A DNA stretch of 64,000 bases from a virus. Its lineage: Duplodnaviria; Caudoviricetes. Shown here piece after piece: positions 18,908 to 28,295 of the stretch (position 1 is the first letter of the stretch; every line of letters begins with the position of its first letter). The notes under the pieces are model-generated. The model was not told the origin of the DNA. It did no database searches and was given only the letters and a program-made list of their open reading frames with translations. The position numbers and the translations under genes were made by a program. The DNA lies in IMG/VR virus record IMGVR_UViG_3300033073_000736, positions 19,484 to 83,483 of that record. One strand, given 5' to 3'.

Positions 18908-20254
18908 TTATGGGTAGGTTCTGACATCACCAACCCGCTGTGTCGGGTTCATCCCTCTATAATAAAGGATTGCCCCACTGCCCGTTCCAGCAGCAACATC
19001 GTACCTACTCCCCCCGCCAAACGTGCATCTGTCCAGCCACATCTTCGCAGCGCCTGTACTGACGAGCCAAGAAGCGTCCGTTTCGCTATCATCGTTCTTA
19101 ACAGAATTACGAGCATCACATAGAATGTTCCAACTCTCTGTCCCGTCATTAACATCTGCCACTACGGGGCCATCTGCACTGTCATAGGAGCCAAGAATAC
19201 GAATAATCTTGCAACCATCGTGAATGGTTGAGCAGTTGTCGCTCCCTGTTCCGTTGATATCAATACCCGCATCTTTACAAGTAACACCAATTTCTACAGC
19301 TTTAACGATTCTTCCACTCTCGATGTGGTAGTTTAGAATATCTGTATAGCTACCGCTACCACCGCCACCCTGTATAAGGACGTAAGGGATTCCGTAGCAG
19401 TGAAGGTTGTTGCCATTGGTGCTAAATCTAAACCATGTATTACGACAATATAGACGAGAAGATGTCCCGCCACCTGTACAACGTAAACACCCTGTAGCCC
19501 CACCAATCAGTTCAATCTTTCCACTGGTTCCACCGTCAAAAATCCATGTGTAGTTGGATGTGAATGTCGTATTGGAAGCATTGACTATAATGAATAGGTT
19601 AGTGTCCCCGGTTGGTGTAGTGTTGTTCAACTTGTGTACGTATAAGGTGCTGCCGGATTGAAACCAACTCCCCATAGTGGATTGACATTCAGCCAGAGAA
19701 GCAGCCGCATAATAACGAGTCGGATCACCATAAGCATTTAGTGTAGAATAATCCCTCACTTGAGCAACAGAGGAACGGTTGGCAGAATACGTATTGCTTC
19801 CAACACTTGTCCATGTAAGCGTGGAAGCCTTGACGAATGGTCCTGTACGCACATTCCCTGCTGCCTTGAAGATGACATTCTTCCCCGTCACACCGCCAGA
19901 GCCGGGATGGTCATTTTGCATATAGTCCCCTGCTGCCAGATTAATTCTCACCCAAGGGGTGGGGGCTGAAGCAGCAAGGGTCATTGTGTTGTCAATCCCT
20001 TTCTTTGGTGTACTGATTGTCAACCCATCGTTGCTGTCACTACCAGACGGTGATACGTAATAATCAGTAACACTAATTCCATTATACAACGAATCGAAAT
20101 TAAAGGATGTGGTTCCATTCCCATATATGGTGAAGGGTGGGTCAAATGTATCCGGTGTGAACGTCAATCCTACGGGAGGAGTGAGATAGTAGGAGGGGGA
20201 AGATGAACCCCTGCTACCTGTTGCCACTCCACCGGAAGCATATTCATTGTTCAT
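18908..20254 (-). CDS. tailspike/depolymerase-like beta-helix protein
   Basis: YYVSPSGSDSNDG..STP.K motif then G/S/T/N-rich beta repeats; ATG 20254 after GGAG. Confidence 0.6.
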   Translation of the reverse strand: MNNEYASGGVATGSRGSSSPSYYLTPPVGLTFTPDTFDPPFTIYGNGTTSFNFDSLYNGISVTDYYVSPSGSDSNDGLTISTPKKGIDNTMTLAASAPTPWVRINLAAGDYMQNDHPGSGGVTGKNVIFKAAGNVRTGPFVKASTLTWTSVGSNTYSANRSSVAQVRDYSTLNAYGDPTRYYAAASLAECQSTMGSWFQSGSTLYVHKLNNTTPTGDTNLFIIVNASNTTFTSNYTWIFDGGTSGKIELIGGATGCLRCTGGGTSSRLYCRNTWFRFSTNGNNLHCYGIPYVLIQGGGGSGSYTDILNYHIESGRIVKAVEIGVTCKDAGIDINGTGSDNCSTIHDGCKIIRILGSYDSADGPVVADVNDGTESWNILCDARNSVKNDDSETDASWLVSTGAAKMWLDRCTFGGGSRYDVAAGTGSGAILYYRGMNPTQRVGDVRTYP

Positions 20255-20276
20255 CTTCTTTCGTCTCCATTTCTTA

Positions 20277-20627
20277 TTACCAACCAATCACAGTAACAGT
20301 GTATCCAGTGACATTACTAAAAGCAGACGGAGTGAAAATAAACTCCTTCACTGCCAAGTCCTTTACGCGGATAGCTCTAGGTGCAGAGACATCAATCGTC
20401 AATGCTACGCCATAATCATCCTTCAGAGTTTCCGTAGTTCCGCCAACAGAGGTAAACGTAATATTCAATGCCCCTGTAGGAGAGGAGCCTGAAACAACAG
20501 CAGAGAGGGTGAACGTGGTGGCACAACCTTCTACACCAAGGGAGTTATTATATGTATCAGAACCAATCTTCACAGTAACAGCGCCGCTTGTTCCGCTTTC
20601 TGTATCCTTCGTAATTGCAGTTGCCAT
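20277..20627 (-). CDS. virion beta-sandwich protein (spike adaptor candidate)
   Basis: Beta-rich 116 aa within the fibre cluster. Confidence 0.55.
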   Translation of the reverse strand: MATAITKDTESGTSGAVTVKIGSDTYNNSLGVEGCATTFTLSAVVSGSSPTGALNITFTSVGGTTETLKDDYGVALTIDVSAPRAIRVKDLAVKEFIFTPSAFSNVTGYTVTVIGW

Positions 20628-20650
20628 TCTTTTCTACTCCTATCTTATAT

Positions 20651-21097
20651 TTACCAAGTGGACAATGCAGCACGTTTCCACGTATCTGTGGCCGTGCATA
20701 CATAAATGTATCCAGTATCTACAGCCCAATCCCCGCTTGTCCCTGTAGAACTCGCTGAAGCAGGGGGTGCTACAAACTTCTTACCATACAGTTTCCAATA
20801 GGCGGTTTCTGTATCGGGTTGTTTGTTACTTCCTGTTTGAATGGAAACATAAATATTTCCACTATACGTAACAAAACTGCTGCCGGATTGGTATTCAATT
20901 GTTGCCACCCATTCCGGTACACCTTGCTGCATCATGTAAGATATGGCTTGATCTTGCCTGTTTTCAATAAAGTTCCAATATTGGTAAGGGGGACGTTCTA
21001 CTACCCATCCAGATTGGATTCTACCATTTGTAGGGGTGGATACATCCCCTGCTGAAGCCCATTTATATGTATAGTCGGGCCTAGTCTCTTTAGCCAT
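20651..21097 (-). CDS. short tail-fibre-like adaptor
   Basis: N-terminus paralogous to 17743-18867; C-terminal PASASSTGTSGDWAVDTGYIYVCTATDTWKR motif. Confidence 0.7.
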   Translation of the reverse strand: MAKETRPDYTYKWASAGDVSTPTNGRIQSGWVVERPPYQYWNFIENRQDQAISYMMQQGVPEWVATIEYQSGSSFVTYSGNIYVSIQTGSNKQPDTETAYWKLYGKKFVAPPASASSTGTSGDWAVDTGYIYVCTATDTWKRAALSTW

Positions 21098-21118
21098 CCT
21101 TCTATTCTCCTTCTTAGG

Positions 21119-22345
21119 TTAACTGAAACTGAACCCTGTTCTCTGACTAGCAAGGGTATGTTTGAAACCGATGGCATCAACAATAACCGTTTTGTTTGTT
21201 ACTGCTGTAAGGGCATTGTTGCGGATTGCAATTTGCTCTGTCAGCCCTTTTCCTGTTGTAATCACCCCAGTAGAATGTGTAGCAACCAACGTGTCATTAA
21301 TGTAGAACGTCACTGTACCAGTAGTTCCAACTACCACTTTCAGGGCAATAGCTGAATTAAGTGACGCTGTAACAGATGTTGTAGTGGTTTCAATCGTAGT
21401 AAGAACTCCGCTGACACATTTCCAATAACTACTAGAATTATCTACATAGAAGAAAGCACCAGCACCATCAATGGAATGTGCACCGGAAAGGTCTGCAAAT
21501 GGGTCAGAATCGTCTAATGGTAGGGTGGGGGCATAACTAAATCCGATTCGATATACAAAGTTATTACTTCCATCTGGCAATTGATCAAACAAACTACCGT
21601 GGAAGATCATTTGCATCACGTCCCCTGTTCGCCACTGACTACAGATATTTCCTCCGCTGCCTACCAGTCCTGTTTCGCTTCGGTATACAAGAGCACCTAC
21701 ACCGTTTCCAGTGCTGTTCAACCGTACACCCATTACACCTGTAAATCTGCTTCCATTGGTGATAAGAGCAATATCATCGTCTGTGATTGCAAAATTGGAA
21801 TAATTGCTACCGCCGCGCACATAAACTGACTGCCCCGATGTTACAATATCACAAAACAAGAAATCATCTACAAACTCCACCCCTTTAGCGTAGGAATTGA
21901 TATTTCCTGTAGCTGTATCTACGTAGGTTTTAGTGGCTTTCTGGCTAGCCGCAACAAGGTCACTGTTGGCTGCCAATGTACCGTCAGTGTCTAACGTCAC
22001 TGTATCAGCAGACCAAGCACTACTAGCGTACTTGTAATACGAGGATGTGGCAGCATTCCATACGCGCCACCCTTCTGACGGGGTGTAGAATGTCCACCCA
22101 CCATTCACATAAATGGCAATATCCTTTGCGTGTCCACTCCATGCACCAGTTGGACTTGATGCAACAATATATCTGTCTCCAGTGGTTGGAGAACCGGGAG
22201 GGGTGGAAACTGCTGCACTGATTACTTTTCCTTGTACCAATGTGTCCAGCTTAAGTAGGTTGGCGTCCATCCCGGTATTCCAGCCATCCTCCCCCGATGT
22301 CCAAGCATACTGCATCCCCATATTTGGGAGGGTTGTTGCTGTCAT
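21119..22345 (-). CDS. DUF2793-domain virion fibre protein
   Basis: LLKLDTLVQ.KVISA..STPPGSP..GDRYIV..SPTGAWSGH...IA.Y..GGW.FY.P.EGW. Confidence 0.75.
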   Translation of the reverse strand: MTATTLPNMGMQYAWTSGEDGWNTGMDANLLKLDTLVQGKVISAAVSTPPGSPTTGDRYIVASSPTGAWSGHAKDIAIYVNGGWTFYTPSEGWRVWNAATSSYYKYASSAWSADTVTLDTDGTLAANSDLVAASQKATKTYVDTATGNINSYAKGVEFVDDFLFCDIVTSGQSVYVRGGSNYSNFAITDDDIALITNGSRFTGVMGVRLNSTGNGVGALVYRSETGLVGSGGNICSQWRTGDVMQMIFHGSLFDQLPDGSNNFVYRIGFSYAPTLPLDDSDPFADLSGAHSIDGAGAFFYVDNSSSYWKCVSGVLTTIETTTTSVTASLNSAIALKVVVGTTGTVTFYINDTLVATHSTGVITTGKGLTEQIAIRNNALTAVTNKTVIVDAIGFKHTLASQRTGFSFS

Positions 22346-22377
22346 TATAGTATTTCTCCTATTCTCTAATGCTATTA

Positions 22378-23148
22378 TTATGCAAGCGCGGGAATGTATC
22401 CGCCAGTTTCAGATGATGTAGCTGCACCATATCCCATTCCATATTCCATTCCATATCCTGTGCCCAGACTGCCTAGTGTTGATGCTTCGCTGTCTTCAGC
22501 CATTCCAAAATAATCTTCTTCAAAGAATACATACTCCACGGCAACCCCTACCGGGATAGGAATGATACTACCTTGGTTACTCAGTCCGCGCAGGAAGTAG
22601 GATTGAAAATCTGTAAGGTTATTTTCCACTTCAAGAGTGATGTGGGCATCTGGATGTTCAACCACTCTACAATTAGCATTACCAGTGACGAAGTTAAGCC
22701 CTGAAATAATAGCTTCTGGGGTGGCCTTAGAGGAATTGGCAATGATACGGGCCTTGATAATGAACCTGTAAGTCTTATCATCTACTGTGCTACTGCTCCC
22801 CTCTTCTTGGTCTTTACTGCGGAACAAACCTCCGAGAGTGGAATTAGAAAGTGTTCCAAAAGTTTCAGCACCACTACTTCCGTTAAAACCAAAGAAAGGG
22901 AAGGTGTTGTAGTTGACAAGTGTTCTTTCTTGTCCAAACAGCCTCCCTATCGCATCAAGTTGCTCACCAGAGGCAGTATCAATACTGCGTAATTGCATCA
23001 AGTCTTTGTACACAGATTGCAATTCTGTAATCTGGTCAATTGCTAATTTGAGATAGGTGTCAAATACCGGCTTATCCTTGAATTGCTGCCCCACCCTCCC
23101 TCTGGCTTCAGAGAGATAGTCGGTTTCAGTGAATGGCGTTGTTGTCAT
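22378..23148 (-). CDS. baseplate wedge protein (DUF2612-like)
   Basis: IDTASGEQLDAIG...G..R; D..YR..IKARI..N. Confidence 0.82.
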   Translation of the reverse strand: MTTTPFTETDYLSEARGRVGQQFKDKPVFDTYLKLAIDQITELQSVYKDLMQLRSIDTASGEQLDAIGRLFGQERTLVNYNTFPFFGFNGSSGAETFGTLSNSTLGGLFRSKDQEEGSSSTVDDKTYRFIIKARIIANSSKATPEAIISGLNFVTGNANCRVVEHPDAHITLEVENNLTDFQSYFLRGLSNQGSIIPIPVGVAVEYVFFEEDYFGMAEDSEASTLGSLGTGYGMEYGMGYGAATSSETGGYIPALA

Positions 23149-23177
23149 TCTTTTTCTTCTCTCCGTCAGATAGTAAG

Positions 23178-24632
23178 TTAACTGTTGACAACAATATCAG
23201 CCAAAGTGATGGTGGCTCGTTTATAGTAGTCAACAGTGACATTAGCAGACGCCACGGGCGGGTCAACATCATCAACTTTTAAGTCAGTTACGTAGTGACC
23301 CGGAACAGTGTTGATTGGCGTGTACAGCCGACTATAAATTACATCTTCACCAATCTTCAGTCCGTTGATATAATCATAAATGGCCTGCTTGATCTGGTCA
23401 CCCCCGTTAGTGGGATAATCAGAGTCAGTAACTACAGTCACTTCAACATAGATTGGCAGGTCTGTTGGCCTATCAAACTTGATTGTGTGATCCACCCCTT
23501 GACTATCTGTCACTGTCTCGGTTACAGAGCCATACGTTCCAATTCCCGCTGGTTTATTATCCCAGATCGCTTGAGCAATATCCCCCGAATTTCCACCAAG
23601 GACAATAGGATAGAACGAGTGTGCAGGAACAGGAGGAGAAATAAGAGCCGTATCAGTCTCGTTTTCATGGATGATAATTTGCTCCACACCATCAAGCAAA
23701 AGGATGGCAGCATAAATGGCCTCATATGTATTCAGACTATCTGTAAACTTGGCATCGGCATAACGAACACGCAGTTCTGCATCTGTTTCAGTATCAGTGC
23801 CGAGAGCAGCAGCAGACGGATTGGTTACACTATCCCAACCAATAACGGGGGACTGAATACTTTGGATTGTATCGGCTTCTTGAGCATTCGACCCCGTCTC
23901 TGTACACTCTCCACTCACCCCCTTCTTCACCTTACTGATTGTCCAATCAGTATTGACATCAAAAGTACACTGATATTCCTGATTGTAGATGGTGACAAGT
24001 GCCTCACTATCCTCAGGAACAGCAGACAAGTAGGTAGAATGGTTGGTGTTGATTTCAGTGGTTATAGCGTTGACAATCTCTGATTCAGTAGCACTGCCAT
24101 CAGAAGTGATAGTAACAGTAACAGGACTAGCATTGATACCAGCAACCTGATAGGTAAAACTATAAGCCGTAGAATTAGATACGACAGCCGGAGAAATACG
24201 AATTGCAACACACCCACTCTCATTCAGTGTAATCTCGCTGGCTGTACTGAAAACCTTCCCTGTAGAAGAGGAACGAACATTACTATCAACAGGAATCACT
24301 GTCCCGTAGTCACCGTAGCAAACCAGTGTTGCTGTAGAGGACGTATCGCTCTTTCTAGCCACCCCGCCAAGCAATGTGAGGTTTTCAAGAGATTGGCCCG
24401 TTGCTTGGTTAATGTCAAAAGACGAATATACGTCCTGAGCAGTTTCCCACAATTCTGCCAGCGGGGCAGCAACAAGTTTAATCCACCGCCCCAAGACAGA
24501 TGTGTCAGATGTATTGACAATATCACCCGGCTCAACAAGAGAGGAGAAGCCGCTTTCTGCGCTCACTTTCAATTCAGCAATAATGTCATTCAGGCGTTTT
24601 ACCGAGAAGCCTGTTCCAGAAAGTCCAGCCAT
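23178..24632 (-). CDS. baseplate J-like protein
   Basis: ATGQSLE...G..RK; G.D.ETDAELR.R; IAQAIWDNKPAGI. Confidence 0.9.
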   Translation of the reverse strand: MAGLSGTGFSVKRLNDIIAELKVSAESGFSSLVEPGDIVNTSDTSVLGRWIKLVAAPLAELWETAQDVYSSFDINQATGQSLENLTLLGGVARKSDTSSTATLVCYGDYGTVIPVDSNVRSSSTGKVFSTASEITLNESGCVAIRISPAVVSNSTAYSFTYQVAGINASPVTVTITSDGSATESEIVNAITTEINTNHSTYLSAVPEDSEALVTIYNQEYQCTFDVNTDWTISKVKKGVSGECTETGSNAQEADTIQSIQSPVIGWDSVTNPSAAALGTDTETDAELRVRYADAKFTDSLNTYEAIYAAILLLDGVEQIIIHENETDTALISPPVPAHSFYPIVLGGNSGDIAQAIWDNKPAGIGTYGSVTETVTDSQGVDHTIKFDRPTDLPIYVEVTVVTDSDYPTNGGDQIKQAIYDYINGLKIGEDVIYSRLYTPINTVPGHYVTDLKVDDVDPPVASANVTVDYYKRATITLADIVVNS

Positions 24633-24661
24633 TTTTATTCCCTCATTTCATGTTTCTTGTA

Positions 24662-25030
24662 TCATTGGGTTGGCGTAATAGTGAAAGATTGTGTTGCCGA
24701 TATGGCCCCATTTTCTGTTCTCACTCTGAAAGAGCAACTAAACACCCTCTCTTTTGAAATTGAAGACGAGTAGTCCACAATCTGCAAAGCATCCGGCTCA
24801 AGTAAGATTTGTTCTTGGATGATAGCGTCAACAGCAATCTTACTTCTATTCTTCCCCATCACCCTGTTCCACCAGTCAACACCGAGCGTGTTGTCCATAA
24901 ACCATTCACCTTGGAATGTGTTCAGGCGGATACGAATGCGTTGCGCCAAGTCTTCTGCACCAATGCTTGTAACACTACTTTCACCATTAGTGAAACTAAT
25001 ATCACCGTTGTCATCCAGTTTAATGTCCAT
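24662..25030 (-). CDS. baseplate wedge initiator (gp25-like)
   Basis: LAQRIRIRL.TF.GEWF.D...GVDW. Confidence 0.8.
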   Translation of the reverse strand: MDIKLDDNGDISFTNGESSVTSIGAEDLAQRIRIRLNTFQGEWFMDNTLGVDWWNRVMGKNRSKIAVDAIIQEQILLEPDALQIVDYSSSISKERVFSCSFRVRTENGAISATQSFTITPTQ

Positions 25031-25424
25031 GTGTCACCTGTGGTGTAGGAAGAGTAATATTGCAAGACTGGAACTGATTGGCTTTGTCATTTATCTTATT
25101 AATCAGGTCAGTGATTGCCGCAGCCCGTGCAGCTAGTTGTGTTGGATAAGTGAGTGCCGGAGCATACAAGGGCTGCAATACCCCTGTAATCAGTCCGGTA
25201 ATCCAGTCAACAACATCGTCAATAGACGCAGGTGCTTCCAATAAGGCTGCAATAGGTGCTAGTTTATCTAACTGAACCTGAATTGCAGCATTCTCTGCAT
25301 AAAGGGATTCTAAAATCTGTGTTCCAATTTTCTGTAAGTCTGCACAAGACTGAACACTATCAATCCTATCGGACATCTTTTCATACTGGTCAAGATTAAT
25401 AACACCGCTACCTTGAGGGTTCAT
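25020..25424 (-). CDS. hypothetical helical protein downstream of spike
   Basis: 134 aa in baseplate operon. Confidence 0.6.
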   Translation of the reverse strand: MNPQGSGVINLDQYEKMSDRIDSVQSCADLQKIGTQILESLYAENAAIQVQLDKLAPIAALLEAPASIDDVVDWITGLITGVLQPLYAPALTYPTQLAARAAAITDLINKINDKANQFQSCNITLPTPQVTHGH

Positions 25425-25435
25425 GCTTGTCTCTT

Positions 25436-26110
25436 CTAAATAATATTTGTAATAATTCCGTCTGTCACTGTAACAATCTGACCTAACGGGGTTGTGAAAC
25501 TTCCCGTAGCTCCAGTTCCGACAGTGATAGCACCTGTAGTGGTGAGCGTCCCATCCATATCTACAGAGAAATTAGTTTCACCAGAAATACCATTAAGTAC
25601 GATCTTACCGTCAGGCTTCATCCGTATTTCACATTCGGCAGGTGTTCCGATATTATGCGAAACAACAGCATCATCTGTAGAATGGGTTAGTGTCCGATTA
25701 GTCTGTTTATTGATTGACAGCCCAAATGGGAACAAACCGGGAATGGCCACAGCATCTCGCATATTGAAAGCACGATAATCGCTAGGGGGTTGTGGTGTTC
25801 CATCTCCGGCCTTGAACACATCAATACAAGACTGATTGAATACGAGCAATACTGTATCGCCTTGCTTTATGGGGAATGTGAATGCTGACGTACTGGATGA
25901 TGGGAAGATGGCAGGTACATTTGGGATAGTAACCCACTCCATTTCTTCGTAATCAGGAAACACCATGTTGATTAGTGGTTTGACATCAATGCGACATTCT
26001 TCTCCACTTCTCACTTGCATAACAATAGCGGGGATGGCGGTATACACACTTCTCATTTGGTGTTCAAAGAAAGCCTTCATTGCGCTTTCAAGCGTCATAT
26101 CACTAGCCAT
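25436..26110 (-). CDS. baseplate central spike (Gp138/gpV-like)
   Basis: VYTAIPA.V, IPNVP..FP, FPIK.GD.VL.VF, D.R.F...DAVAIPG. Confidence 0.88.
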   Translation of the reverse strand: MASDMTLESAMKAFFEHQMRSVYTAIPAIVMQVRSGEECRIDVKPLINMVFPDYEEMEWVTIPNVPAIFPSSSTSAFTFPIKQGDTVLLVFNQSCIDVFKAGDGTPQPPSDYRAFNMRDAVAIPGLFPFGLSINKQTNRTLTHSTDDAVVSHNIGTPAECEIRMKPDGKIVLNGISGETNFSVDMDGTLTTTGAITVGTGATGSFTTPLGQIVTVTDGIITNII

Positions 26111-26128
26111 ACATATATTCCTTTGAAG

Positions 26129-27112
26129 TTATACACCAATTTCAACTGCGTCAACACTGTCCCCGTACAACTCCATGTACCAGTCAGTTCCTCGTGTATC
26201 CCCTTTGAAAGAAACACTTCTCACCCTGTAATATGAATTGAACGCCTGATCTTCTGTCACCACTTTGAACAAACTATTTGGCCTGATTTCAGGATTGAGC
26301 AAAGCCTTCACCCTCACTCCCCACCGAACGTATTTAGCCTTCTTGGAAATACGGGGTGTCCCATCCTTCTTTGGTTTAAGTTGTTTCTGACTTATAAACA
26401 ACTCACCCTCTTTATCAATTGCCTGACCAACAGCTTTGCTAATTTCTTCACTGTCCATGAATGGAATATCAATCAATCCACTCTCTTTGGACAGGATGAA
26501 TGCCCTTTCGGCCTTTTCATTTGTCGTGTATCGGTCAGTTACAATCAACTTGCCATCTTGGATATTCCATTCAATAGCATACGTCTTGGCTAGGTCATCC
26601 AGCACTTGTTTCCCTGTCCCCATGGCTGTATAGCCATAAGTGCATTTGATCTTTGTCCATTCACCAGAAGAAGACGGCGGGACAGCAAGAGAGAGGGAAC
26701 GGGCCACGCTATCTACCACTGCCTTCAAGGAGATGGATTCCGGGAAAGTTTCACCAATCTTCTTAATCCCTGTATTGATAAAGCCGGGTACAAGTTCAAA
26801 CACCGTAACTTTATCACTTCCTTGCTTTGTTGTCTTGATATTAATAACATCAGCAGATAGAATGGTTTTTAGATTTCCCTCATACCCTGCATCAAGAGTC
26901 AAAGTTCCGAAGCGTGTGTTGATTAGTTTAAGTGTCTCATCTTTCAGATTGAAAACAGACACATTCCCTTTATTGGTGTTTGTCCTATTATCAACGTACA
27001 AGTCAACATCAAACTGAATACGCAAATCCTTGATAGTAACAATCGCCCCATTTTCAGGATTCTTGAATGTGAGCAGATATTGCCTGTTCCATTGTACATT
27101 CTCTATCTGCAT
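26129..27112 (-). CDS. baseplate hub protein
   Basis: L.AGYEG, W.IQDG.L, L..ESGLI..P, V.ALLNP.I, F.GDTRG.DWY. Confidence 0.85.
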   Translation of the reverse strand: MQIENVQWNRQYLLTFKNPENGAIVTIKDLRIQFDVDLYVDNRTNTNKGNVSVFNLKDETLKLINTRFGTLTLDAGYEGNLKTILSADVINIKTTKQGSDKVTVFELVPGFINTGIKKIGETFPESISLKAVVDSVARSLSLAVPPSSSGEWTKIKCTYGYTAMGTGKQVLDDLAKTYAIEWNIQDGKLIVTDRYTTNEKAERAFILSKESGLIDIPFMDSEEISKAVGQAIDKEGELFISQKQLKPKKDGTPRISKKAKYVRWGVRVKALLNPEIRPNSLFKVVTEDQAFNSYYRVRSVSFKGDTRGTDWYMELYGDSVDAVEIGV

Positions 27113-27130
27113 TACCTTTCTCCCTTCCTT

Positions 27131-27463
27131 TTATGCCACATAACTGAAAATGAAATTATCCGCTATCTTGGACATGGTGTCACCACTCTCCACTGTGTCA
27201 TCGGTTAGTGGTGTAAGCATGAAATAACCTTTCAGTCCAGCATTGAAACTATCAAACGTGAACATCTTCCATTCAGTTGTCATTCGCATTCCGTCAATCA
27301 CAACAGTCCCATCTTTGAGAGAGACAGTAATGTGATACCACCCCGTCCTTGCAGATTTGGTGAAAGAAATGGAAACATCAGTGTTACTGAGGTTGGTTGA
27401 GTATGAAAAAGATGTTCGATTATACAACGGGAGAAGAAATATGTCTGCCATGTCAATCTCCAA
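27131..27463 (-). CDS. baseplate plug-like protein
   Basis: Position and beta-rich pattern. Confidence 0.6.
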   Translation of the reverse strand: MEIDMADIFLLPLYNRTSFSYSTNLSNTDVSISFTKSARTGWYHITVSLKDGTVVIDGMRMTTEWKMFTFDSFNAGLKGYFMLTPLTDDTVESGDTMSKIADNFIFSYVA

Positions 27464-28280
27464 TTGTTCCTATGATTCCATTTTTATAGGATGAGTTTAG
27501 TTTGATCAGATATGACTTTGCATTATCTCTTGTAGACATAGCATCGGCATTTCTGTCTTGTCTAGGTTTGTGGTTTTCCTGATTAGTGTCTGCTGAAGGG
27601 TCGCCTGTTCCATTAGCCCCTTTTATTGGCTGCTTATTTCCTTTTCCATCTGTTGTAGCAGCACCGTCCGCCACTTTCTGAACTATAATCTTCTCAGCAT
27701 TCGCAAATTGCACTTTCACTTGTACAACATTCACTCGCTCAATGCTGATATTCGGATAGATGGCATACCCGCTGTCTGGGGAGGTGTCAAACGAGATGTC
27801 TGTAATAATACAGTTGTCCCACTTCTCAATCTGGCTTTCATTACCAGACATTGTATACCCGAGAATGGTGACAAACTCCTTATTGCGTTGAATGGCAATA
27901 AGTTTATCCTTCACCACCTTCATTGCTGCTTTGACACTGTTCCCATCGGCAGAATAGTCTTGTGGGACTGCCTCGCTTGAAAACTCAGGTGTTCCCGTCC
28001 TCTCCCCCACCTTCCCCATACTTCCGCTTCTTCCACCATCCCCTATGTCATAAACTTTTACAGATTGGTTTGCAGAGTCTTTAAGAGGATTCCAGAAGTT
28101 GTAATCACTCACCACCCCTTGAATACGAAACTTGATATTGTCTGTGATAACATGATCACTAATCTTTGTTCCATCTTCAACAGGATGGGAAGTGACACTG
28201 CCAGAGTAGGTTTCAGAGAACGAGAGAATGCTATCGAAAATGATAACATCCTTGTTCTGTGTTTTTAGCACATAAATCAT
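27453..28280 (-). CDS. tail tube initiator/Dit-like baseplate protein
   Basis: VTSHPVEDGTKISDHV. Confidence 0.78.
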   Translation of the reverse strand: MIYVLKTQNKDVIIFDSILSFSETYSGSVTSHPVEDGTKISDHVITDNIKFRIQGVVSDYNFWNPLKDSANQSVKVYDIGDGGRSGSMGKVGERTGTPEFSSEAVPQDYSADGNSVKAAMKVVKDKLIAIQRNKEFVTILGYTMSGNESQIEKWDNCIITDISFDTSPDSGYAIYPNISIERVNVVQVKVQFANAEKIIVQKVADGAATTDGKGNKQPIKGANGTGDPSADTNQENHKPRQDRNADAMSTRDNAKSYLIKLNSSYKNGIIGTIGD

Positions 28281-28295
28281 TTTCTAACATTCTCC

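Noticed and set aside
17743-22345. Diversity-generating retroelement or invertible fibre cassette
   Set aside because: No reverse transcriptase, recombinase, or near-identical nucleotide template/variable repeat; the fibre paralogy is old and visible mainly at protein level
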